A stretch of 64,000 bases of DNA, from assembly GCA_028023455.1 (NCBI GenBank), contig JAQFVV010000007.1, positions 3,472,001 through 3,536,000 on the forward strand, in the 5' to 3' direction. This stretch comes from Epiperipatus broadwayi. Its lineage: Eukaryota > Animalia > Onychophora. Numbering within the stretch: the stretch's first letter is position 1; each line of letters starts with the position of its first letter. The position numbers and the translations under genes were made by a program. Below the pieces are notes generated by a model. That model had not been told where the DNA came from and did no database searches. It saw only the letters and a program-made list of their open reading frames with translations. Positions 1 through 12,699 of this stretch are shown in pieces.

Positions 1-928
1 TAAACCTTTAATATTAAAATTAACAATATCATTACAAACATAATAATAATAATAAATGTAGATCGAAAACTATATTTATTATCTATAAAGTATGCATTTG
101 TTATAAGTTATTCAAAGGATATACAGAAAACACTTTAAATTAATCTTAATATGAAGTAAGTCATACATAAAGATATGCAGTTACATATTGCCCGTGTCTG
201 GCTTACAACAATCTCTTAATTATAAGTTAATTATCATTATAGTGATTTTTTAACTTTGAAATGAATAAAATGCAAGCAATTATTTTTTAGTTAATATTAA
301 AGAAATATAATATTTTTGTATTAACACTAAAAAAAATCTCAGAATTGTAAATCTTACAATGAAGTATTGGAAAGATTTCTGAGGAAATTATCAGCTACTT
401 TTAAAAGTTAAAATATAATAAACTTTGTATTTACATTGTGTGAAATGGCAATGTGTTAGTATTGTTTGTCATATTATTATGACATTAAGAACACTTCTAC
501 TCAATAATAACGTATGCCCATAATTATTTATAATTTAATTGCTCCAATGTATTTAAAAATTGACAAATGCAAATCCAATACTAATCAGTCAAATAAATTC
601 AGAATTTTATTCTTTTACAATTAAAGATAATTCCAGCTGCAATATAAATCCTAATACAAGTGATCTAAATGATTGCTTGTGACTAATTTATGTATATTTT
701 TATAAACTTTTCATGATGCAAAACCTTATTTTATATTAGATATTACACTCAAACATATAGTTTAATCATTACACAACTTTATTGTCAGAAATAAATGTCA
801 AAAACATTAGAATAAAAAAATATGAAAAAAAGATTTTTAATATTTGTTCATTTTGTACCAAGCACCCTTCAAAAAAAATAAAGACTAATTTTATCATTAA
901 GTTGGATTGATTTCGTATTATTCAGTAT

Positions 929-3610
929 TGTAACAGTCAGAATCGTCTATCTTGCTAACACACTGCAGAATTCAAACCCCAGACACGAAACTGAACATTC
1001 TAGAAGGGGTTGCCTTCTAGATATACTAAGTTCGAATCTAAAGTCCAAATTTCACAGCGCCATCTATGTGATAACGCATCTGATGCCACTACTAGTATAA
1101 TCTTTGACTGGTGCCTGGTGGTCAGGGAGAAACAAAAGACTCTATACTAAAAGAAACTTGGGGGGCTAATTAACGTCTATGGATTTACAAAAGAAATGCA
1201 GAAAATATAAATATAAATCAAGACAGTGATAGGAATCAAATAAAATAAGAGATCAAATTTAGTTTTAAATAATTTCACAAAATTTATTCATATAAATTAT
1301 ATATATAACGCCACTGTCTGCTTATATGAGACAGGGACGCGTATTAAATAATTGTTGGCATTATATTCCCACAACTAACAAAAAGACTTTAAAACAAAGT
1401 GATATATTCTATTCCTCGGGCTAATAGCATTACGATAATGTGCTTGACGAGATAGGAACATGTGCGAGGTGCTTTGAGTAATTATACATGTTTAAGAAAA
1501 TATTTGAAAATTAAGTGTTCTAAAATATTTATTGATTTTGAGAATAGCATGGACTAAAGCTTACTAAGCAACAAAATGGGAATGTGATCAAAGCATTTAT
1601 TTGAGAAAAATAATAATAGAGTTGCATTGGGAGGTCAGTATTGCTGATAATGAATTTATTAAAGTTGGAGGGTGTGACACGTCTGTCACGGATGCTTTGT
1701 AAAATAAATATAAAATAAAACAATATTGAATATCCGGAATGATTACGGAGGGCATATCGCCGCTAACCCATAGGAAAGTATTTTATGAACAGCCGAGACT
1801 TAGCGACTGGGTGACGATTGCGTTTAATTCCCAGGTGTGTCATTTAGGGACACATTCTGCCTAGAAACCACAAAAAGGCGAAGAGAACGGCCTTAGCCGT
1901 GTAAAGAATCCTTGGAAAAATAAAACAAAGCGGTCTCAACAACCAATTCATTTACCAGCAATACGAGATGAGTGTATATAAAACATACTGAATGGGTTTT
2001 ACTTGGATTAAGAGAAATGCCCAATCAAATTTCCCGAAATTTATTTAAAAGGGTCCGCACATTCTCGACGTCAATGATGAACGGTAATTAAAATAGGAAA
2101 ATGCATGCTTGCGGGTTTGAAAAGTAAGTATAGATTGATATACGCAATCATGCATTAGGGGACACATTTAATCATTGACCTCGCACATACTCTCATATTA
2201 GATTAAAATCAATAACATATAGATTTTAAACTATGTGATTATTATACATTAAAGAAAAGAATCACCCTCGAACGAGTGATTTGCAAGATAATAAAATTGG
2301 AAAATTATAAATTTAAAATATGCCTTAATAGCGGCGTCTTACTTTCAATAAAGGGAATAGTTCACTCGGTCAAAGACAATTCTGACACACTATCATGATA
2401 AAATAAAAGAAAGCTTTATAAATAGAAAATATTAACCCAAGGATAGAGCAAAACTGTTGATTATATTTGAACACTTTAAAGAAGTACATAATAAAGTTAT
2501 GTGAAATAAAAGAAAAACAATTTAGAATAGCTATAGCATGTTAGTTAGGAATCACAAGAGCTCTTGGGTTAATTTAGGTTACCTCTGGAGACGCATTTGC
2601 AGGTAGATGTTCGGCAGGTTTTATAATTCAGCAGCAAAATCTGGAATGTTCATATTTTGCAGCAGCAGCAGTTCCAGGGTTCCTTATGCGATAGCTTCCG
2701 ATGGTCTGGAGCAGCGGCCGGCTATTCCGAGGGCACATAGCCATCTTGACGCCTCTACTGTCATGTCAAGGTTAGCAAATTATTAGAATAGAACTCAGAA
2801 TGATTTCTCTTAGAAACACTAGAAGAAAAAACTCCAGAACAAAAGAAAACACTTCTTTTTATAGTAGACTTTAACAATAGAACTGCCCTGGAGCATTACA
2901 AAAATATATCGGACTTATCAGCTGTAATTAAATCATCCGAATGTCTAAAGGAATTCAACATTAATTAATTTCTTTTGTTAATTTCCCTGTCGACATTCGA
3001 ATTACAAACTAGATTCAATTAAAAATTACTTTTATTAATTAAAGAAAACCTTAAGTGGACATCTGCTGTTTTTAGATAAAACTTATATAATATTAACTAA
3101 TTAAATTATTGTCCCTCATTTATTTTAAAGAAATATTTGGAATGACTTTTATTAAATTAAACGAAAATTATTTTACTTTTAACTTGCAATATTTGAATCT
3201 ATTTACTAAACGAATATTTACTAAATGAATTTTATTTTAAATCAAAATATATTACGACGGTAATATATTTGTAAATAGATTCAAACAAAATAACTTTAAC
3301 AATTTATAATTTTGATATGTTTTAAAATGCATATCATAGTGTGTGCGCAATTACGACTTATATAACCTACTTTTTAATAAATCAAAATTATGTGAACATA
3401 TACATAATCTATAATCTTTTATTTATTTGGAAATGACTTATATATATAATACGAGCATTGTACTCGTGGTTTAAAATTAGGCGGGATTTTCGGTATATAA
3501 GTGTATTGCAGACACACTACGATAGATTGGGGTTCAAACTAAGGTATGAGGGTAGGAAATAGGTAAGAAAAGGTGAAACGAAGATCTGCAAAGCAGACCT
3601 TACTGTTTCA
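929..3610. mobile_element. Long (2682 bp) solo LTR, probably Gypsy-type LTR retrotransposon (copy 1)
   Basis: Begins TGTAACAGT and ends ACTGTTTCA (imperfect terminal inverted repeat, TG..CA). 4-bp TSD GTAT at 925-928 and 3611-3614. No long ORF. Collinear along its length with the reverse complement of 17382-20611. Confidence 0.85.
999..1070. promoter_or_regulatory. Hairpin + B-box-like + CTCF-like motif cluster in LTR copy 1
   Basis: Perfect hairpin TCTAGAAGG-GGTTG-CCTTCTAGA (999-1021); GTTCGAATC (1030-1038); CAGCGCCATCTATGTG (1055-1070; reverse complement CACATAGATGGCGCTG). Equivalent motifs are present in copy 2. Function is inferred from motif match only. Confidence 0.45.
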
Positions 3611-3899
3611 GTATTAACTCAATATTTTTAGAAACTATAAAATCGGAAAAAACGGCCAAAAATATTTCCAAAATCATTCAAGTAAAAATGTCATGAATTC
3701 AAAAAATTTTAGGGTATATTTAAACTGTTCAAGCCATTAATATGAACAGCATGATAAAAATATAAGACAGTAGATAGATACAACAAAAATGGTTGACCTC
3801 TACAAGAATTGGCCAGAAATTGGTTATAAAATCTTGGTTTTAATCTAACTAACTTTATATTCATGCTTTTAGCATTAAAAGATCTATGAAACTATTTTC

Positions 3900-5900
3900 C
3901 AAGCCATCTTTTCTCAAAAGAATTTTTCCAAGAATGTTGTTATATTACATCACAATGATTTTTTATTATTAAAAAAAAGTAATAATGATGATTCCAATAT
4001 ATCATCTATAAATACAATCTAAAAAGGAAAAATCAAAAAATATTTTCTCACCACACCTATTATACTTCTGTCAATTAGTTTTTGTTATTATTCATAAATA
4101 TACCAAGTGATATATTATCTGTTAAAAGCAAATTTGTTGAATTCAAACTAAGATCAACTAATAAAAATAGAGTATCATCATCACTAACAATTTTGCCTAC
4201 CATTTACTCCTCAACAATAGTATCCAGTTGATACAAGATTGTTGGAGATAGATAGAACTGAAGAATTAATAGCCAAATAAAGAAATAAATGAATACTGTT
4301 TCAAAAAAAAAAAGAGTTAAAAGTATCAGATTTATTGATAATATAGAAATAATCACAATAAGAAGGAGACTGAATTTATAAAAGTAGAAACAATAGAAAT
4401 AGTGAGTTGTGTATAAAAAAGATAATATAAACAAAGCAGAGAAAAATAGTCTATTAAATAAGTGCATTTCATAAAATAGCAAAATTTTAATCAAAGATTC
4501 ATGTTTTTTGATTTATTAATTTTTTTGAGCATAATTCTGTTTTTTATGGTATTGTTTTGTTTTCTCACACAATTTATTTAAAATTAATATTCCTGAGTAT
4601 ATATACCATTCCACAGCTTCTGATAACTTTTGTATGACTGTAAAATAAGCCAACCACTCTTAACACTTTATCTATGATCATTTTTTTTACAATTATGAGT
4701 GAATTTAATCACTGATTATGGTTTTGAAGAACTCTAGTAGTAGTCTCAAGACTAATTTTTTCCTCTTAAAAATATGAATCGTCTGTTTCCCACTAAACCC
4801 ATCTACCTATTGAATTTTCTACTTCTACAGATTTTCATTATGTCATTATTATTATTATAGAATGATTGTTTTTCAATGGAAGTTGATAAATTTACATAAA
4901 ACATAATGAAAAAATGCAATTAAACAAGATAACTCAGTTAATAAAAAGATATAATGGCATATTTCAAAATCAGAATGAAATGAACCAGGGCTATAAAAAA
5001 AAGGCTAGTCATTGAGATAAATATGGGTCACTGACTACAAGTTCTACAAGATCTTGAATAATGATCAAAATCATAAAGTACGAAGGATGGAATTCTTTAC
5101 ATATTGCCATTGTCTTTCAGAAAGAAAAGATGTATGGCACAAAAAATTAAAACATCATGAAGATGGTAAATAATCTGTATTCCTGAATTATTTTTGAATG
5201 GTTAATGCAAAATTTACCTTATCTTTTTACTCTTGGTCTGTCTGTCTTTCTACATTTTTTTAAATTTCTGAAGTCAATAATTACACAATAATTATAAAAA
5301 TCATTATTTGCAACTAACAGAACATTGAATGTTGGATGGTTTTCAAAAATCAACCAGATTCCCTTCTATCAGCTGAAAAAAAAAAGCAGTTGAATTGTTT
5401 AATTTAGCCAGAATATCATGAATGCACACAAAACAGCTACAGAGTATTTGAACATTTTAATAGATTAGATTCATCCCATGATGCAAACATTACAGAATAA
5501 TGTCATCTTTTAAATAAAATAAAGTAGCAACTTATACAGTTCATATAGTTAAAATATTTATTTAAAAATATTAACCTTAAGATTTCATCTCCCTAAATAT
5601 CTAATTAATTGAGCCTCTACAAGCTTTTCTTGAACAACAAATGAGAGACTCATGTTTTCCACTAAAATTCTTCAGAAGTTGATTTCACTCATTATTTATA
5701 TTTCTAAAGTTCAAATATTGCATAACTCCATCACACAGAATAGAAGCAATTTTTAGTGCAAATGGTCATTCTAGGCTGCATCAATAAATGACAGGTGTTC
5801 AGCTATTTTGTCCAAATTCTTATGTGAATACATTTAATTAGAAAAGAAAAAATGTAATTAGATTGATAAATGAATGGAGATAAAGAAAAAATTATTTTCC
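3900..5900 (-). pseudogene. Highly degraded hAT-like transposase remnant
   Basis: Frameshifted minus-strand fragments (KIAEHL, KIASILCDG, SFVVQEKL, FLSERQWQYVK) occur in the order expected for hAT catalytic-domain motifs. No termini found; boundaries approximate. Confidence 0.3.
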
Positions 5901-8271
5901 AATCCTGCTGTTAAGATATTTAAAAATGATTTTTATTTGAAGTAATTTTATTTAATAATTCAAAATGTCTAATATTAAAAAATTTCACAGCTGAGTAAAA
6001 TTCAACAAAAATTACAGCTGAAGTTAACTTGGCTGTGGAAGCATAAATAATATTGAGGGCAGTGGCCCACTACATATCTAGAAGTGCATTTCAAAAGCAG
6101 AATATAGTTACTAAGGATGAAATTTTAAAATATTTATAACTATCTCTAAATTTTTAGCTTACTAATTGTAATTTAGCATAGTACCATAAAATTTTAAAAA
6201 TAAACTTTTAAAAATTAAATAAAATTATTTATATATTAAATATTTAATAATAAAAAATTAAAAAAGTTTTTATTATAATAATGTTTTTGTAAATGAATGC
6301 ATGAACCTAAAATCACACACAGACACATAGTTTTTTTAATGCTAAAACTCATTCTTTTCATAATTGATATTAAATATATATATATTTGTCAAAATAACAA
6401 TAATAGCATTGTCATATACGTATTGAAAATATTGCTCTCTAAATATACAGTGTACAGAATAAAGTATTACCTTTTATTTAGGTGCAGATCACTTTCTAGT
6501 GATGTAAGATTGCAAGAATTGGAAAAAAAACTGTTTCATATTAAATGAGACATTATTGAACTTTGTGAAATTAGAAGAAAAGGTGAAGAGACAATTGATT
6601 TAAAAAGTGGACATGTGCTGTACTACAAAGGAACAAACATTGGAAGTACAGTCGAGTATGATTCATTACAAATAAAAGGTGGAAGAACAACTTTGTGGAG
6701 ATTGATGATGTATTGGACAGAATGGCAAGATTAGTTGTTCAATGTAATAACAGCCACCAAATGTAGATAATACAGATTTATGCCCCAACAATTTCTCATT
6801 ATGATGAAAAAATAGAGAAGCTTTTGAACAGACCAATCAACATTTTAAAATTGTCATGAGGGCATACACTTATGGAATTTGTAGAAAAAAATAAATTTTA
6901 TATTATCAATTCTTATTTTGAGAAAAATGTTGAACAGAAATGGTCATAGAAGCATCCAAATGAATTATATTTTGACTAAGAGAAAAGATGTATTTCAAGA
7001 TTGTAATGTTCTTAATAAATTCAACACAGGAAGTGATCATCGATTAGTAAGATGTAAGATACATGTTAATGTAAAATTAGAGAGAAAAAAATTAAGAAAA
7101 ACAATATTCACAATTGATATTCCTAATTTTCAGAAACATTCCAATGAATTTAAATTAGAACTTGCAAATCGTTTTTAAATATTAATAGATTTTGAATATG
7201 ATTCAAATTTTAATGAATTCAACAGGAAGATAACTGATACACTTTTAAAAACTATAACAAAGATAGCTGGTACAAAAAAGCAGCAATTGACCAATAAAAT
7301 TTCTTCTGAAACAAGACAATATATGAAGAAAAAAAGGAATATGAAAAATATAAAAATGATGTGTTAAGGATTGAATATCTCAAATTTTGTAAAGTGGTGT
7401 GAAAAAACATGAATAATGATATAAGAAAGTATAATTGTGAATTAGCAAGGAAAGCTATAGAAGAGAATAAAAGTCTAAAAGTCTAAAACAACATCTTGGT
7501 ATTGGTAGAAAACTTATTTCTGAAATAAGAAAAAAAGATGGAACTATTATTAAAAATAGAGTTCTATCAAGAATTATATAGAAATAAAGAACAAGCAAAA
7601 GTATCTCCTACAACTACTAAATCTTCTGAACTGCCCAGGATTTTAAGTGAGATATGCAATTAAATTTATGAATTGGAAAAGCTCCAGGTAATGATGGAAT
7701 TATAATTGATATCTTAGAAGAAGTAAGTGAAGAAAGACAAAAAAATTTGACAAAAGTTATATATCAAATGTCTAAATGTTAAAAAAGTACCAAATGATTG
7801 GAAAAATGTAGTATTAATATTACTATTTAAAAAAGGTGTTAAAAAAGATATTAGAAATTACAAATCAGTTCTATACAAAATTTTTACCAAAATAATTACA
7901 ACTTGTCTACAGTGAACTTTGGATTTTAACCAACCAAAAGAACACATTGAATTTAAAAATGGTTTTAGTACAGTGGATCACATCCAATTATTGAAAGAAG
8001 TTATAAAAAGAATCAATGAATATGAATTGGTCATTTTGGACTGGATTTGTAGATTATGAAAAGGCATTTGATTCTATAAGCATTTCTTTAGTGATTAAAG
8101 CATTATATATCATCAAGGTATAGATCCAGGATATCTCCATATTCTGAAGAATACTTATAAAAATGCAACAGCAACAATTAGATTACATAATGACACTAGG
8201 AAGATGGAAATTATTTAAGTCATTTAGATTGTGTAGATAATGTAGCTGTTTTTGCAAATAATACTTTAGAG

Positions 8272-11200
8272 TAGGGTTGTACTGATTAATCGGCAAGTAA
8301 TCGGTAATCGGTCATTTTCCCGATTAATCGGTATCAGCTTTGGCAATTGGCAATTTTTGTATTTTAATATTTGTTGTTGGGTATAGGATTAGTAATCAAA
8401 AACCAATTATTTTTGTTATGTATTTATTACTTACAAGAAAAAAATAAAAATTAACAAAAAAAATTTTAATTCAAATTATTCCTTTTACATATTTTAACCT
8501 ATTAAAAAATTATTCATTTTAAAAAGTTATTTCTTTTTTAACCCATTAAAAATATTTCTTTTATTTAAACATATTAAAAAAATTAAAAATTTAATATTCA
8601 AAATTTAAAACCCTTAAAGTGTAATGCAAAAACATGAGAATTTCCCCATTTTCAAAGCATAATCCATGTCAGTGCATAAATGTTACTGCCAGCGCTGAAA
8701 ATTCTTTCACTTTAATGGAAGATGCTGGAGCACTTAGATATTTCATAGCTAGTTTGATCAAATTAAGAAAAAGTTCTTTTGAACTTCACCACAAAAATGG
8801 ATCACTATGTCTTGAATAAATTTAAGTAGTTTTGTAATTCTTGATCGAAAGATTTATTCATTTGTTTCTTTTTTTTTTTCATTTGGAAAACATGCTCTTC
8901 TTCATTCTTTCATTTACCAAAACCTAATTCATCAAATAAATTGGAAAAATGAGATTCTTCTCAATCTTAATTATCCTCAGAAGTAGAAGCTTCAAAATTT
9001 AATTCTTGAGATTTTGAATTATCAACGTTTTCTAAGCTATCAAATGTCTATCTTTTTATTTCATCTACCATATCCTCTTTTAGAAATTTCATTTTGAATC
9101 TTGGATCTAATAAAGATAAGCATAAAGATTTGTTTTCTATATATGCTGAAAATCTTTTCTTCATTGAAACTTGTAGTTCTTCAACTGTGGCATAAATTCC
9201 ACTAAAGGAACTACTGCTCTTTGCTTTTGACAAGAATAAATTCAATCTCTCTAATATGGGAATTATTAAAAATGATGTAGATTCTTGTTTTCTAGCTTCC
9301 AGAGTAATTTCCTCAAATGGTTTTAAAACAGAACAATTTTATTAATGAGAGACCACTGATAAGGGCTTAACATAGGAATTTAATTATCTACAGCATATGC
9401 GGCAAGGGCTTTTTGCTGTTACAAGTTTTTTTCCAGTATGTAATATGTAGAATTCCAACCAGTAGGAAAATCTTGAATTAATTTGTGTTTCTGTAAACCT
9501 AACTTGTCTTGCAAATCTTCCAATTTGCTTAAAGCTAAAGTAGAATGATTAAAATGTGTGACAATATTTCTATTAGCTGTGATTATAGATTTTACAGCTT
9601 GTTGAGAAAATATGCATTCGGTAAGTATCAAGCTTCAGTGAATAATAATAGTGATAATAATAATGATAATGCCTCTAAGTTCCAATTCCTGATTCCAGTT
9701 ACCATATTTGCTCCAGAATCTCTCAGTACTAAGAATAACTTATTACTTGTCAAGTTATACTGTTCAACCAACATTATTTATCTGTTCCCTGATTTGTGTA
9801 GCTATGTGGGAACAATTCTCAAAACAGCTATTTCTTCGTGAAACTGATCATTCAATCAGTGGCCTGTTATACTTAAAAAAGGAGAACTGTTTGTAGATGC
9901 TGTCCAAATATCAGTGGTTAGAGAAATATATTTTGCATTATCAATAGATTTCTGAATTTTTGATTGAAATTTTTAAAATATATCAGGGATATTATCAAAA
10001 AAATATTTTCTGCTATGAATATTGTAATTAGGAGCAATTTTTTTTAGTAATCTTTGAAATCCTTAATCAGACACAACAGAATATGATTGTATATCTACAG
10101 CTATCATTTCTCCAATCAAATAATGAACTTCTTTGGATCATTGATCATTTATATGCCACAATTTTTTCTTCTTTAATACTTGAGTTAAAGTAGTCTTAGT
10201 GTATGTGTTTCTGTTATTACTGATGAATTCATCTTCTTTGGTTACTCTTTTCATCTCTCCAGTTTCTTTTAAGAAGTCTTCATGATAATATGTTTTGGGA
10301 TGATTTATCATGTGCGTTGTTGTAAAACTTTTAGCATTTTTTCCATCTCTTGATATTAAAGCATTACATAAATTGCACTTTGAAAATCTTTATTTTTGTC
10401 TATCTTAAAAAATGTTCATACAAAACTGAAAGTCACAACAAGCTGGGATTTGGAAAAAGTTTTAAAAAATAATAAATGAATGTGAAAAAGAAAATAATTT
10501 GATATTAAAAATAATTTAATTATTATAGAATTTCATGCATAATATTATTTAACTATTGTTGTATTACTATTGGTGGAAATGAGGTTATATCATAAGTATA
10601 TTTGTTCCTTTTGAAATGATCAAGGATTATAGGTTCTTGATAAGATGTTTTAAAATATAAAATTTTTTTAAATAAAATGTTTTATAAACAATGCATATGC
10701 TTTTCAAAGAAAACTAAAAACTGCAACTAATAGATTTTCCAATCAATTATTATTACAATAAAATAAATATGAGTATGACAACTGCATAATTTTAATAATT
10801 CATTTGTAAAGCTCACAGATAAGGATGTTTTAGGCTCAGATACACCTAAAGATTATCAAATACCTATTTAATAATTCAAGTAGGGTTGCCAGATGTCCTG
10901 ATTTTTCATGATTCTGTCCTGCATCCTCAAATATATATATACAATTATTAAAAAAAATTATGAAGCTTCCCGATTTTTTTTTTTTTTTGCATCCTTGGTA
11001 AAAATCTGGCAATCTTAAATACAACAATACCATAGGCTTATGAACTTAATTCGTTCCTAGTAACAATCACATCTCGAATCAATTTTCTCCATTGAATTAA
11101 ATGTATATAGAATTAATTTGTTTGAGTCCTCAGAATATATATTTATTTATGTTTTATTTGTTTATGCATATAAAAATGGAAAAAATAAATTAAAATGGCC

Positions 11201-11457
11201 TTAATTTTATAAATACTTTTATTATGTATAAATATATGTATATATAAAAATGTTTGCATTTGATTCTCACCACACCAAGAACTTGTCTAGATTGTTTAGT
11301 TTTTTTAGACTCCCACAACGTAACAGCACTGTTCTTGGTGTGAGAGATCCCACAAAAAATGGCCACAAGGCATTTAACACTATGTAATAATCAGCCAATA
11401 ATACATGGCCAATTGATTAATCAGTAATCAGCCATTTTGCTTATTGGTGCAATCCTA
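8272..11457 (-). mobile_element. Full-length degenerate hAT DNA transposon (Ac/ZBED-type transposase)
   Basis: TIRs TAGGGTTGTAC / GTGCAATCCTA. Exact 8-bp TSD CTTTAGAG (8264-8271, 11458-11465). Subterminal AATCGG/AATCAG repeats. Minus-strand fragments: BED finger (~10300-10430), LIQDFPTGWNSTYY, LLDPRFK and dimerisation motif LSAPASSIKSERIFSAG. Confidence 0.92.
10881..11017. mobile_element. Short hAT-type MITE nested in the hAT
   Basis: TIRs TAGGGTTGCCAGA / TCTGGCAATCTTA. Flanking 8-mers AATTCAAG and AATACAAC match at 6 of 8 positions, consistent with a decayed TSD. Confidence 0.7.
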
Positions 11458-12699
11458 CTTTAGAGCTTCAAGAAATGTTGCAAGAGTTATCAGATGAAAG
11501 TAAGAACATAGGATTAAAAGTAAATATTAAAGAGACTAAAGTAATGTTCAATGCATTTTCTCAAAAGATGAAAATAATGATTGATAATGATGAGTAAAAA
11601 AAAACTTAACTACTACAAATATCTTAGTCAAATTATTACTATGGATGGAAACATAATGGATGAAATTAATCATAGACTTAAACTTGGTTGGAGTGCTTTT
11701 GGTAGAAATAATTTAATATTAAAATGAAATATGCCTATGTGTTTGAAAACAAAGTTTTTTAATAAATGTATTTTATCAATTCTTATTTATGTATCTGAGA
11801 CTTGGACGTGTAACAAAAGAGCAATATAGAGACTTCAGACCATTCAATGAAGTATGGAGAGATGCATGTTAGAAATAACAAGAAGAGATTGAAAACAAAA
11901 TGCATGGATGAGAAAACAAACAGGTGTTATTGACATATTGCTAGAAGAGATGATAATAGATGGACAGTTGAAATCTTAAATTGGATTCCAAGATATTGTA
12001 AAAGACCTAAAAAAAGACCACTTGTTTGGATGGCTGAAATAACGAAGTGTGTTGGTGCCATTTAGATAAGCAAAGCTAAAAGATGTATTAAATTGGAGAG
12101 ATCTTCATCCTGCAGTGGATCAAAAATGGGTGAGAATGATGCTGATTAATAAAGATCTTGTGGTAGAAAAGTCTAGGCCAAGTGAATCTGAAAAAAAAAA
12201 TTAAAATCATTTTTTTTTTTTTCAAATAGCTAGACCAAAGCCAATCTAGCCAATTGTCTAGAATTGATTGATAAATAAGTGAATAGGTATTATTACTTAA
12301 AAGTGATGGTACTAGATTAATTTGATTTGGTCAGATGGATAGATGCACTCGTTTTAAAAACAAACAGTGTGATTGCACAGCCTTAATGAGGGATGAATCA
12401 TATTTCTATTGGCACCAAGCCTTGTTTTCTATTCTTATTAATTATTAATCAAATGGTAAAATACAACTAAAAAATTACCAATCAAAGTTTAGATAATGAT
12501 AACCATTAGATAAAAATGGGGATTTCTCTTTTTTTTTAAATATATTATGTTTCAATTTGAATTCCTTATTAGAAAATAATTTTTAATGCATTATTAAAAG
12601 TTTATGTTTGATAGTAGAGTAAAAAATGTATACTGTATTATATACTTTTTTCAAATAATAAATCTAAATCTGAAAATCAATATCATGTATTACATAAAA

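Larger units (their letters stand above)
6480..12146 (+). mobile_element. Degraded RTE-clade LINE (family 1, copy A), interrupted by a hAT insertion at 8272-11457
   Basis: APE endonuclease remnants (CRSLSSDVRLQELEK; NYILTKRKDVFQDCNVLNKFNTGSDHRLVRC) and RT remnants to 8271. Sequence resumes at 11458 and ends CCTGCAGTGGAT..GAATGATG like the other copies. Many stops and indels. Confidence 0.9.
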
